DNA of 64,000 nt from the human T2T-CHM13v2.0 reference genome, Homo sapiens, in NCBI RefSeq assembly GCF_009914755.1, contig NC_060926.1; one strand, given 5' to 3'. This document shows, piece after piece, positions 1 to 17,318 of the stretch. The position numbers and the translations under genes were made by a program. Position 1 is the first letter of the stretch. Each line of letters begins with the position of its first letter. The notes beneath the pieces were generated by a model. That model worked only from the letters and a program-made list of their open reading frames with translations. It had not been told where the DNA came from and made no database searches.

Positions 1-82
1 AGGAATCGTGCTGGTACATGGTTCTTCCTCAGGAAGTGGTTATTCCTTAATGGGTTTCTTTTTACCCTTTTTCTTCTTCTTA
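1..82 (-). pseudogene. Duplicate copy of the NOP58-like retrocopy (partial at window edge)
   Basis: Reads KKKKKGKKKPIKE*PLPEEEPCTSTIP; paralog of ~19760-19841. Confidence 0.7.
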
Positions 83-913
83 GAAAGGGGATTTTAAGTA
101 AAGAGCTGAAGTAATGGAAACAGTAAGCTAGAAGAATATCTGGGGAAAAAGCATTCCAGACACAGGGAACTGCTAAGTGCAGAGGTGTGCCTGGAGTCTT
201 TAAGCACTAGGGATAGGTCAGGAATAGCAACAAGTTCAGTGTGGCTGAAACACAGCAATAGAGATAAGAAACAGAAGTTTCAGCAGGAGAGGTAACATGC
301 CAGATGGTTTACTGCCTTTCAGTTATTAGGAGGAACTCTGCCACATACTCAGAGTGAAATAGGAGGCAATCAGAAGGGCTGGGGCAGAGGAATGACAACA
401 TTTGACTTATGTTTTAAATACATCCACTGAGATAAGAATTGATGAAAGGGGAAGTTTTTAAAAACCAGGACTATCAATTCCCGTCTATGACACTCATCTA
501 AACTGCAGATGACGGTGGCTCAGATGTACAAGATAGACTGGCCTCTGGATATATTCTTCAGATAGACCTGACAAGATTTACTGAGAGATAGATGTGAAGT
601 GTCAGGACAGAGAGAAAGATCAGTCAAGAAGATCTTGACTGAGAGAGAAAGATCAGACACTGAGGTTTTTGGCAGAGCAACTGGAAGAGTTGCTGTTAAC
701 CAAAGTAGGAAAGACTACATGAGGTGTAGATTTCAGGAAGGACATCAGTAGCCCAATTTTGGATCTGACAAGTGTGTGATACCCAACAGCTAATCAAATA
801 GAGATGTCAAGTAGGTGGGATGATATAGAGATCTGGAATTAAGGAAAGAGATCTAAGTTGGAGACATACATTTGGAAATCACTAGCATATACACAGTAGA
901 AAAAGTCACGAGG

Positions 914-1305
<392 letters not shown>

Positions 1306-2164
1306 CTAGAAAGGCAGGAGGAAAAGCCTGAGGGAGTGAGGTCCTGAAAGCCAAGTGAAGACGCCATTAGGGAGGAGATGCCCTCCATTGGCTCAAATAT
1401 TGCTGACAGATTAAATGAGGTGTAAGAAAAATGCCTAGATTTAGTACAGAAAAAAATTAGTGATAATCTTGAGGAAAAATAGTTCTGGAGGAGTGCTGAA
1501 ATTGAAGACTTACCGGCATTGAGATCAAGAGTGAATGGAAAGAAAATTTGAGTTCATGAGTGTAGACAGTTCTTTAAGGACAATATACTTAACGCTCATG
1601 ACTGAGAATGATGTAATTTTCATCCACAGTCATGGAAAAGTGATAGACAAGAAATAGTAGCTTCCAAATTTTACATACCAGGTGGAGTTTTCAAATTTTA
1701 TGTAACCATTATATATTCTAAAGGTTATAAAAATTATACACATATGGCATTTAGAAATGTCAGACCAAGGTTTTAAAGGCCCTTTGAACATTTCTAGATT
1801 ACATAAGCTGATTATCATTTTGTTCATGCTTATACATAAAGACCAAGAAATACTAAAACTCTCAAGGAGAATATTTCTTGCTTGATAAAAATCAGCCAAT
1901 TCTAGGACAGTTGACACTCATCAAATATACGAAGTAATTGATCACAGTAAAATACTGAGTTCTATTAACAGGAATAAAGTGGGAGAAATGCAGAAAATAA
2001 TCTTATTTTATAAATGTAGTTTTCAAAATCATATGAAGTCACTGGAAAAATATGGTGAGGTGAATACTGAAATATATCCTTTTCTCAAAGGGAGGATAAT
2101 GTCACACATGCAGGGCACTTTTACAAATAAAAGTCACTGCATTAGCAGCACCTTCCTTTTAGCA

Positions 2165-2505
2165 CAAGGGTCAGCAAATAAGCACCTGTGGGCCAAATCC
2201 AGCCCACTGCCCGTTTTTGTAAGTCAAGTATCTTGGAACACAGCCATGCTTATTCACTTTACAGTCCATAGTGTCAGTTAGCTGGGTGTGATGTTGCACA
2301 CCCGTGGTCTCAGCTAGTAGAGACTGAGGTCAGAGGATCACTAGAGCCCAGAAAGTCGAGGCTGCAGTCAGCCATGATCACACAACTGCACTCCAGCCTG
2401 GGAAACAGAGTGAGACCCTGTCTCAAGAAAATCAATATATGTAGTCCACAAAGCCTAAAATATTTACTAACTAGCTCTTTGCAGAAAAAGCTGGCCAACT
2501 CCTGG
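2165..2505 (+). mobile_element. MER58-like DNA element interrupted by an Alu monomer (~2279-2430); paralog at ~21855-22200
   Basis: ggtcagcaaa...tccagcccactgcc...ccacaaagcctaaaatatttact...gccaactcctg motifs. Confidence 0.6.
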
Positions 2506-3104
2506 TTTAGTAGATCAAAGATTCTTTGATGTATTTTAATAAAAGTTTTACCAAATATACTGAAATGTTTATATTAAATATAGATCCCCATGTACAATCC
2601 CTTGGCAATATTCAGATTGAGGGTCCAATATTTCAGCACTCAGGCACTGACAACAAAAATTTAGTAACTAGCAATCTTGTTGCTAACAAGGTACAGTGTC
2701 AATGTAGCATGTAGCTTCCATTTGCAACACAGCAGATATTACAAGAATTTTAACAAGAACTCTTAAGATGTGTCATCAAACTAAACGCTTTAAATACATT
2801 TTAATTGTGAAATAATCAGTATACCCTACATCTAACCTCATTTTTTAAAAATGGTTGCATAATACATTATTTTGGGGATATGGAAATTGAGCTATTTCCT
2901 ATTGATAAGGAATTAGACTAGCTCCAAATTTTTTACATAATACTATAATAAATGTCCTTATACATAAGTATACATATAACATATCTATACAAATATCCTT
3001 TACATGTATTATATAGGCTTACTGTTATATATGTGTGTGTGAATATGCTACTCAATTAATGTTCAAAATGTATTTACCAACAGTATATGAAATGTCTTTT
3101 TCAA

Positions 3105-3430
3105 TGAAACCATTTCCCCTGCAGCAACACGGATGGAGCTGGAGGCCATTATCCTAAGAAAACTCATGCAGGAACAGAAAATCAAATGCCACATATTCTT
3201 ACTCATTAGTGGGAACTAAACATGAGAACTCATGGACACAAAGAGGAGAATAACATACACTGGGGCCTACTTGAGGGAGGAGCATGGCAGGAGGGAGACG
3301 ACCAAAAAACTACCTTTCGAGTATTTTGTTTATTATGTGGCTGGTGAAATAATCTGTACCCCAAGCCTCCATGATACAGTTTACCTATATAATAAACCTG
3401 CACACGTACCCCGAAGCTAAAATAAAAGTT
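3105..3430 (+). mobile_element. Old L1 3'-end fragment; paralog at ~22822-23150
   Basis: gcagcaacacggatggagctggaggccattatcct...aacctgcacacgtacccc...taaaataaaagtt. Confidence 0.8.
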
Positions 3431-3673
3431 CACTGAAAAGAGAAGAAAATGCCTTTTCCCTCACATTTGCCAATACTGGTTATTTTTCAAATAAATTAAT
3501 GACTGGAAAAAAAACGGTAACTGATTGTTTGCTGATTTTCATTTTTCTGATTAACAGGCAAGGCTCAATATCCTAATAAAAGTATAAAATTTGTTCATCA
3601 TGAATATTAGCTCAAATTAGGATTAGTTTGACAGCACAAAGTTACCTCCTGTTCAATGTTGCCATAGGCTTAC

Positions 3674-3855
3674 CTGTGATACTCTTCATTCTCAGTGTCA
3701 GGAAATTGCTGGCTTTCAGGTGTTCTGCTCTTCCTTGGAGGAATTAATCCATCATCACCATTGCCAGCAGTGGCACCATTAGTCAGGTTTTCTGGGAATC
3801 CGACATGAGTACTTCCGTGCTTCTTCATTTCTTCGATAGCCATAAAATTTTCTAG
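3674..3855 (-). CDS. POTEF: POTE coding exon 13 ([17 protein letters not shown]...ENEEYH)
   Basis: ccag|CTA acceptor, AG|gtaagc donor, 182 nt; paralog of exon 9 with a new N-terminal extension. Confidence 0.9.
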
Positions 3856-4202
3856 CTGGAAAATACAGAGAATAAGAAATTATCTACTTTAGGCACATTA
3901 TCTATTGATAATCAGACTAAAACCAAGAAAGATAAAATAATTGGTCTAAAGCTCCTAAAGTGGCATTACCTAGCATTTTATGGCACCATTCGGGATTATT
4001 CCATAATAATGAAAGAATAGCTCTAGGGTTTGCACCTCTTCAAAATTCAATGTACAGAATTCTGAGTTAACTATTTAATTTTTCACTGATGATTTATGCT
4101 ACTTACATGATAGGATCATGTATGCCTACATTTACTACACTTTGTTAAACAACATAATGTAAAAATCTAATTCAACACAAACGTTTGAATATAAAGGTAT
4201 AC

Positions 4203-4247
4203 CTCTCTATCACCATCCTTATTTATTTCTGGTTCTTGAGATCTTTT
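4203..4247 (-). CDS. POTEF: POTE coding exon 12 (KRSQEPEINKDGDRE)
   Basis: Paralog of exon 8; 45 nt with AG/GT boundaries. Confidence 0.9.
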
Positions 4248-5491
4248 CTGCAGATGTAAAAACAGAAGGTTAATTTGCTTGTTGTATTTCTGTGACATTT
4301 CCTCTTTTGGAGTGCATGTTTTTAAAATAATTTTATTCTGAAGTAATCAAGTATGGACAATAAAAATTAGAAAGTAATTAAAATTAAACTGTTAAAATAA
4401 ATAATAATTAAAATTAAGAATTAACTTTTTAATCTATGTTTAGCTACTGCCACATCACTGGCTTCTAACATGTGAAAAATAATTCACCTTAGACAAAGGG
4501 AGAAGAAAAACATGAACCAGCAAACTTAACTTTCTCACTATTTGTTTGGACTAAATTTAATTTGTTATGTGTTAAATCTACCAAAAATGAATCAGCAGAT
4601 GATTTGTAGTGTTCCAAAATCTTCCTCACTTGAAAAGAGTTTACCTCATGAAACCCTAACTAGTGAGCACCTACAGTGCACTGAAGTGCTTTTTTAAAAG
4701 ATTCCTAACTGGATTGTAGGCACCCTTTAAACTATTAGGAGCCGAAATCAACACCAAACAGAAAGAAATGCAAATTCTCACATTTTAATTGAAATTATAT
4801 ACTGTCATATGATAGTGTTATGTATCCAGATTATCTGCGTAAGTCCAGTTCTAATATATTCTAATGTGTACTAATGACAGCAGATAAAATTTTTTAATCT
4901 CTACTGATTTTCTGCAACTGAAATAAATTAGAATGTTATTGTGTTTGTGCACTAACACCAAAGGTCCCATTCTGCAAGATATGGTTCTTGTAATAGGCAG
5001 TTGGGTTGCTTTTATGACCTGGTTCCCTCCCTGAACAGAAACACTGAGGTCAACGAGAGACCACAAGGCAGGATATGTCCTTAACCTTGGTATCAGTGAC
5101 TGACAATATAAAACTGTGGATTTTCAATCACAGGCCATGATTACTCTTTAACCATGAATCCAGCTCAGGGAATCAGTGTTACATTGTTCATAATTCCTAT
5201 TGCTTAATAATATGATTCAATCATTGATGTTACTTTCTTTATCATGTTAGGGTGTTGTAAAAATAAAAGAACAAACAAAGTTCTGAAATTTGTTTTTGCC
5301 TCTATTCCAAAAGGAGAGATTAGCTATAAGCTAATCAAGAAGGCAGATAAGAATATTTTTAAATAAGAGTATTTTAAATTTTATAGTGGGTTATGTTGAA
5401 GTTAAATATCAAATATTAAATTAGAATCTATTGATTCTTCTGTTAATAAGGTTGCTGATTTTATTACAATAAATTTTAAGAATCTATTAAA

Positions 5492-5790
5492 TTTTTTTTT
5501 TTTTTTTTTTCACATGGAGTCTCGCTCTGTCACCCAGGCTGGAGTGTAGTGGTGGATGTCGGCTCACTTTAAGCTCCCTCTCCTGGGTTCATGCCATTCT
5601 CCTGCCTCAGCCTCCCGAGTAGCTGGGACTACAGGCACCCACCACCACGCCCAGCTAAGTTTTTGTATTTTTACTAGAGACGGGGTTTCACCATGTTAGC
5701 CAGGATGGTCTCGATCTCCAGACCTCGTGATCCACCTGCCTCAGCCTCTCAAAGTGCTGGGATTACAGGCGTGAGCCACCTTGCCTGGCC
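5492..5790 (-). mobile_element. Alu (AluY-like), present only in copy B
   Basis: Dimeric Alu; the paralogous site at ~25900 is empty. Confidence 0.9.
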
Positions 5791-5925
5791 AAAAGATTCT
5801 TAAAAAAACAATCTACTGATTCTCAAAGCCTAGTCTGAAAGGTAATTTCATTTGGACTATCTAATATTATTAAGGCAAAAAAAACACAACATTAAACAAA
5901 AGTTTAAATTTAAAAGTTTCCATGC

Positions 5926-5996
5926 CTCTGGCTGGCCATTTTCACTGCCTTCAAGCCTTTGTGACTCTTCCTCTGATGTCAGCTTTAAGTCTTGTT
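5926..5996 (-). CDS. POTEF: POTE coding exon 11 (EQDLKLTSEEESQRLEGSENGQPE), GC donor
   Basis: Paralog of exon 7; GAG|gcatgg donor, 71 nt. Confidence 0.88.
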
Positions 5997-6439
5997 CTGT
6001 TGAAAAATCCATACATTCAGTTAAAATCAACCACTTAAAACAGTTAAAAACTATTGCCTTTTAAAAACAGATTTGAGACATTTCATTTTATTTCATAAAT
6101 TGAGTGTTTCATCTTTTGTGAAATTGTCATTTAAGAAATAATTCTCAAAAACTTCAAAAACCCACTTGGGGAGATAGCAGATGTCACCAGATTGAAGACA
6201 AACAAACATGTCAAAAATTCCCTCACAAATTCATCCACCCAACATCCATGAACAAAACCACCAGAAACACAGCTTTAAAATACAGTAGAAACATATAAGG
6301 TGACACAGTGTACTGTTCTCCACTTCCTAATAGTACCTTATAAATGATTTCCAAAATCACTGCTGACACCTTTATTAGTGTACAACATCTTCCTAATAAT
6401 ATCTAAAATGTTTCTCTCCACTATTCTGACAAATTTATT

Positions 6440-6736
6440 TTCTTTTTTTCTTTTTTCTTTTTTTTTTTTTATGAGTTAGGGTCTTCCTCTGTCACCAGGC
6501 TGGAATGCAGTGGTGTGATCAGCTCACTGCAACCTCCGCCACCCTGGTTCAAGTGATTCTCCTGCTTCAGTCTCCTGAGTAACTGTGATTACAGGCAAGC
6601 ACCACCACACCCAGCTGATTTTTGTATTTTTAGTAGAGATGGGGTTTCACCATTGGACAGGATGGTCTCGATCTCCTGACCTCGTGATTCCCTCTGAAAG
6701 TGCTGGGATTACAGGTGTGAGCCACCACACCTGGCC
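6440..6736 (-). mobile_element. Alu, shared with copy A (27007-27314)
   Basis: Dimeric Alu in reverse orientation. Confidence 0.88.
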
Positions 6737-7962
6737 TTATTTTCATCTTTTGAAACAATGCTATATGAAGTCTTCCTTGATTCTGCATGTCTTTCCCCAA
6801 ATAAACAGGTACCTCCTTCCTTGAGGCTGCCTTAGTACTTTACTGATTTTTCTACTGCATCTTGACCACCTAAACTGTACATTATTCCTCCACATGTCTG
6901 TCCCCTCTGCTCCAAGACTGTAGGGGAGAGTCTTGCACATCATCTTTGTAAAAACAGTCTTTGTTTTACTCAGAAATATTTTATTGAGTCCTGCTAAATA
7001 CATGCTAGGCATTAGGGTTTAAAAACAATTAAAATAAAGCATGTCAGAGATGGCTTTTCTAGAACACATGCCCAAGCAGAGACTTAAATATTGAGACTAG
7101 CCAGATTAAAAGGTGTAGAGGGCAGGAAAGGGTGACAGCATGCCACGCAGCAGCAAGAGCGGGAGCGATGCCTGAAAGAGTGAAAGTATTTGCCTACAAT
7201 AGAAGGATGAGTGAGTAGGGCATTGCCAGCAGTTCAGTAATGCCAGAGACAGGGCACACAGGGAAAAGGGCTAAAGATGGAGAGTGGGGCAGAAGTCAGA
7301 TTATGAAAGCCTTATGTGTAATTTTAAGATGCTTGAACATTAATGTTCAAAAGTGGTCCCGGGTCCTATCTGCATTTAGATATAGATCATTTCAATGCCA
7401 AAACCAATATTGCTAGTGAACAATTATTCATTAAGACAAGGTGACAGATAGCTCATGTGGACACAGCTGAGATGATACAATGTAGCAAATTCTAAACAAT
7501 TCTCATGAACACTTGGAAAGTCAGTTCTATAATAAAGTCATACAAATTATAATAAATCAGTAAATATTTGGTTTGGGAAGATGCTTTGTAAAGTTATAGT
7601 GCATATGAATACAATTAACAGTCGTGAATTCAGAGCTGTGAAAATAAATCAAAGAAACCACATTGTGTTTGAGTCAGCAATCTTTAGATTTCTATCCAGT
7701 CTTCCCATCCAGTCCATAAATTCTAAGTATAATCCTGGTACTCACTCTCAAGTTTACGTTAAATACTATCCCATTACAAAAAAACACTCTTTCTCTTACT
7801 TCTTTTCATTATGTCCTGCTAAAAAGATTCTGATTGGCTGCAGGCGGCAAGAGGGAAAAACACAAAGCACATTTTGCAGAAAATGATTATTTAGAAGTCA
7901 GAACTATGACATGAAGCCAAGCAGGGCACTCTAGGACCGAATTTGCTGTGCTGCCTTCATAC

Positions 7963-8205
7963 GCTCCTTGCTCTTTCTTTTCTGGCAGCTGTGACTCACA
8001 CAGGTCATGGAGAGTATCATTCCCTAAGAGGAACAACTCCGATATTCATCTTTATCTATTAAGTTCATCTGTCCCAATTCTGTGTTCTGTGGATGCTGAC
8101 TTTCTGTCACGGACGATGATGCACATGGACATTTATTACTGACTTTCAGATTCTTGGATCTTTGACAAGTCTTATTACTTAGAGTCAAACTAGTAGGATG
8201 CGAGT
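7963..8205 (-). pseudogene. Fossil CCDC144-like exon (copy B)
   Basis: [17 protein letters not shown]...ELGQMNL...GNDTLHDLCESQLPEKKE, frameshifted. Confidence 0.75.
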
Positions 8206-8794
8206 TATAAATGCTGATTATCCAATTACCTACTCAAAATACCCTACACGAATATTCCATTAAACATGCATCGAAAAACATTAGTCATTCCTGCTGACCT
8301 GCTGCTCTTTGCTCTTCTGTATTCACCAGAAAATTTCCTACTCCTTCCTCATGTCTAGGTTAAATACTAGTGTACAATCTGGAAACCTGTACATCATCTG
8401 AGATTTCTCTCTGTCCCCCAAGCCTTTCTCATTCAATTATCACTAAATCATATTGACTATACCTCTCTTCTGCCTCTGTTTTATATTCCCACTGCCACTG
8501 GGAACACAAACATTTACAAAATGACTTCTATTTAAAAGAAAACTGCCAACTATTAATGTTATTTCTTACAGGAAAAAAAATTAAGCAAAACAAGTGAAAA
8601 AGGCATAACGAAGGCCAACATAGTAAAATGAGTAACTGAGATTTCTAACGTTATTTATTTCACCATGGACGGGTGAAAACCTTATAATACATTGATGCTA
8701 CTCCAAGGATGTGTGACATGGAAACTATAGCTGACTACTGCAAAAGCTTCCTTTGTCTCCTGGTTTCTTTGCATGATTATCTCCCATCAATCCC

Positions 8795-9010
8795 AGGAAA
8801 CTATAGGCCACAGGCCAAATCCAATCTGCATTATGGTTTCGTAAATAAAGTTTTATAGGAGCTCAGTCATGCCTGTTTGCTTACATATAATCATGGTGGC
8901 TTTCACACTACAACAGCAGACAACAGCACGGTTAAGTAGATATGACAGAGACCACATAGTCCAAAATATTTCCCACCTGGTCCTTTAAAGAAAAAGCTTG
9001 CTAACCCATT
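8795..9010 (+). mobile_element. MER58-like fragment; paralog at ~29410-29625
   Basis: ggccacaggccaaatcc...aataaagtttta...aaaatattt...ctttaaagaaaaagcttgctaaccc. Confidence 0.55.
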
Positions 9011-9098
9011 TTACACCATAACCAGAATGCCTTAATACTCAAATTTAATCTTGTGACTCCCCTGCTCAAATTTCTCCAATGAGCCCCCTCCAGCACAC

Positions 9099-9570
9099 AT
9101 TGTTGGCTCCCTATCAATAGCCATTCCTCATTCTTTCTGGCAGAAAAAATGTAAGTCTATTGGGCTATTTAATATCCCAATCCCCCTCCTCAGCCTCAGA
9201 AAGAAATGTTTATTCTAAGCTAATCAGGTATTTACCTTCCCAGTGCCTGGTTTGGGAATGAGCATGTGGCATGACCCAGCCAATGAAATGTTACAGGAAG
9301 CCCCTTGCATGCTTCTAAGTTTTCTCCCTGTTTAAAAGACACATGTGAAGAAAAGCAGCCCTTGCGATGTTGTGTTGTGAGAACAAGATGTTTGGAGCTG
9401 CTGCAGATTAGCCAACCACAAAAGGAGACGTGAATAAAACACTGTCAACAGCACAGCTGAAAGAGGGACAAGTGGGATCCCTAGGATATCAATGAACAAA
9501 AAAACAACTCTGGTTCCTAGTGTTTTAGGCACTGCTCATATAGTATTTGCAGTCCAAAGCATTCTACCTG
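9099..9570. mobile_element. Old MaLR (MLT1-like) LTR; paralog at ~29717-30190
   Basis: tgttggctccctat...ggagctgctgcag...gcagtccaaagcattc pattern; diverged. Confidence 0.45.
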
Positions 9571-10743
9571 GTAAATTTCCCATGGCCCACAGGAAAAGAC
9601 CTACTCATTTCTATAGTATTAAAAAGTCTATCGTAAACTTGCCTTAGCTAAGTATTCACCTCACTCCCAACCTCTGGTATCTCACGCTTTTGGTACTAGC
9701 AAAAGTGAACTGCTCAGAAACCCTGCCATGTTCACTCAAGCATCTTGTCTTCTGCACTTGCTGCTCTTCCTCCCAAACGGGCAATCTCATTAGATGTTCC
9801 TTCTGGCAAACACACTATCTCACTCCATGTTCCTTCTGCCAAATGTCATTCCTCTGCTTCTTTCCCTGAAAAATTCTTCTCACTCTGCATGCTTACATTA
9901 AATCCTGCCTCCTTTCTTTCTAAAGCTTTCACTCCTCATCACATATGTCTGGCACACAATCAATATCACATATAATAAATCATAATTATAAGATTCCAGT
10001 GGGCATCTAGCACACAGTAAGCACTGAATAAAGCAGCAAAATAATAAAAATGACAATGATAATAATAACAAGCTCCTGTCTGTTTTTGTGTTCTGTAGCC
10101 TTAGAAAAACTGCTTAGTATCTAAAAGACATTTGACAGTTATTTGCTAAGTGTACAAGTGAAAACATAAATAAAAATGTTTTCTTTGTAAATTCTGTTGA
10201 AAAACCACAGAAATGAAATAGAAACACTTCTGTTGTGAGCACCTTAAAGATTAAAACTACATCTATTCCATCTTTGTCTCCTGCAACTTATAAAACCTAA
10301 CTTACAGAAGCTCTTTGATAAATAGGTAGCTAAATTAAAGGTGTCCTCATACAGTTTGGATTGTACCATGTATTAGGTGTCCACATCCAGGTAGCATACT
10401 AGCATTTTTGTTACTGTGAAACATTTTCATATTTTTATTATAATCTGCTGACCCTTGCATTGGGAAAATTGTACATTATGACAATCTTTTGGCAAATGGT
10501 AGCAGAGCACCTTCTTCTAACAAAATTACTGTTATCATGACAATTAACCAGCCGGTGGAAGAACACATCTTGTTCCAACAAAGTAAATGCATCTCTTTCA
10601 ACTTCAAAATAGGAGGAATGAAGTCAGTAACAGTGAGACCTTGTTGGCACAAGCATATGTAACATGACCTGTGCTTCACTGTTCTTTTGTGAACAAAAAT
10701 TCCTTACTTTTACTTTTTAAATCTATGGTAGGACCTCCCAGAG

Positions 10744-11270
10744 CAGGGCTCCACAACTCCCAGGCCACAGACTGGTACCAGTCCATGGTCTGTTAGGAAC
10801 CACGCCACACAGGAGGAGGTGCGCAGCAGGCAAGCCAGGGAAGCTTCATCTGTATTTACAGCCACTCCTTATGGCTCATATTACAGCCTCTACTCTGCCT
10901 CCAGTCAGATCAGTGATAGCATTAGATACTCATTGGAGCATGAACCCTGTTGTGAACTGCCCATCTGAGGGATCTAGGTTGTGTGCTTCCTATGAGAATC
11001 TAATGCCTGATGATCTGTCACTGTCTCACTTTGCCCCCAGAAGGGACCATCTAGTTGCAGAAAAATAAGCTCAGAGCTTCCACTGATTCTACATTATGGT
11101 AAGTTGTATAATTATTTTATTATATATTACAATGTAATAATAATATAAAGTAGCACAATAAGTGTAATGTGACTGAACAATCCTGAAACCATCCCCACCT
11201 TCCCCCAGCCCATGGAAAGATTGTCTTCCACAAAACCGGTCCCTGGTGCCAAAAAGATTGTGGACAACTG
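10744..11270 (+). mobile_element. MER1A (hAT-Charlie) DNA transposon
   Basis: 527 bp with cagggctccacaac...gattgtggacaactg TIRs and MER1A-like internal sequence. Confidence 0.85.
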
Positions 11271-11301
11271 ACCTAAAGTAATTCACTATCACAAGTCTTA
11301 C

Positions 11302-11372
11302 CTGGGTTGCTGTTTTCAGAAGAGTATTTTGGCATCTGTTTTTCTTTGTAGTCAGAAACTAATTCGCAAATT
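11302..11372 (-). CDS. POTEF: POTE coding exon 10 ([23 protein letters not shown]), module copy B
   Basis: Paralog of exon 6; tag|A acceptor, G|gtaaga donor, 71 nt. Confidence 0.92.
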
Positions 11373-12500
11373 CTATGTATAAAAATATAACAAATAAAAT
11401 TACTGTTTTAAAATACTGATCTGGAAACTTACCAAATGTAAAATTCTTAGAGTATTTCAAACAATATCAGAATATCAGAACTTAACAGTATTATCCCATC
11501 CACTTATGCGTACGTTCTACAAACTTCTCATGAAGCTTCTAATTAAAGAAGAAAAAAAAGTAAGATGAAATACTCATAAATCGAGGGCACTGTGACCCAG
11601 TAAATTAACTTGCGTTAGCCTGACATAATAGAAAGTGTCCCAACTCTAAATAAGTCCTAGCTCCATAATGAACAGCTATTTGCTCTTGAACAAGCTGCTT
11701 CTCTTAGGCTCAATGTCGTCTTCTACAAAGTGAGGACTATGCTGCCTTATTTTACTAGGTTGTTATAATGATTTAACACGATAACATTTTTTTTAAATGC
11801 TCAAAGAAATAGTAAAACAATGGAATAATTTGTTCCTAAACTTTATGACTGAAATTATCTTGGAATCCCAAATAAAACCCAGTGCGAATTTTGTTCATAG
11901 GTTCTAATATGCAAATGTTGTAGTTTTCAGGAAATGTTATTAAGTCCTAATTTTGCTTCTTAGTTGTCCTACTCTTTATGGCTTCTAATTCAGGGCATCT
12001 CAACTATGTCATAGTTTGTAACTAAATTTTTTCATAAATATCTCATTAAAGTAGATAATGTGATTGTCCACTATTACGGAGTTGATCAATCACGCCAAGG
12101 GCAGAAAAACCAATGGATGTCAAGACCTGACTTGGACCAATGATCCTTCTCTACAGACTCAAACTCTCAGCCAGATGTTTGTTACGATGATGCTTTATAT
12201 ACATGTTCATCTCCAGCTGACATGGGAGACGAAAACCCTACTTTTATTTTTTTTTAGGTTCCACGAAGAAGTTGTAAGTTGCCATTCTCTAATTTTTAAC
12301 ATACATACTAACAATATATTTGGTACACAACACCCCACACGTTATTTGGCTCTGGTGTCATCTCACAGACCACCTTACATGACTATTTTTATTGCGCAAA
12401 TCACAATTTCAATGTTTTTGTGGCACCCATTCTGCTTTGATTCACACCATTTCCTTAAAGCTACTCAGCAAACAGTCAAATGACCTTCCAGTGACTGCGC

Positions 12501-12550
12501 AAAATATAGAATGCTTCAAAAATTTGTGTGGCCGCCTTATGCAAGGGCCA
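12501..12550 (-). pseudogene. Truncated U6 pseudogene (3' half) at the duplication junction
   Basis: aaaatatagaatgcttcaaaaatttgtgtggccgccttatgcaagggcca is the paralog of 33121-33170 and then runs into Alu sequence. Confidence 0.85.
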
Positions 12551-12685
12551 GCTCCTTGGGAGGCTGAGGCAGGAGAAATGCATGAACCCACGTTGCAATG
12601 AACTGAGATCGCGCCACTGTACTCCAGCCTGGGCGATACAGCGAGACTCCATCTCAAAAAAATAAAATAAAATAAAATAAAATAG
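12548..12685 (+). mobile_element. Partial Alu right arm with (TAAAA)n tail, fused to the U6 fragment
   Basis: ccagctccttgggaggctgaggcaggaga...gactccatctcaaaaaaataaaataaaa. Confidence 0.85.
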
Positions 12686-12811
12686 TAAAGTTTGCAATTC
12701 CTCTGACTCAGTTTACCATGACAATTATGATTACTATTAAAGAATAAATAGTGAATAACCACAATATTGGGCTTTTCTCCCTAAATAAAAAAATTAATAT
12801 AAAGAATGTAG

Positions 12812-13177
<366 letters not shown>

Positions 13178-13186
13178 CATGTCAAA

Positions 13187-13224
<38 letters not shown>

Positions 13225-13427
13225 TATACTCTAAGTTTTAGGGTACATGTGCACATTGTGCAGGTTAGTTACATATGTATACATGTGCCATGCTGGTGCG
13301 CTGCACCCACTAATGTGTCATCTAGCATTAGGTATATCTCCCAATACTATCCCTCCCCCCTCCCCCGACCCCACCACAGTCCCCAGAGTGTGATATTCCC
13401 CTTCCTGTGTCCATGTGATCTCATTGT

Positions 13428-17279
<3,852 letters not shown>

Positions 17280-17318
17280 TCATTAGTTGATGCAGTTTCT
17301 TCCTAGTCTCGATGGTCT

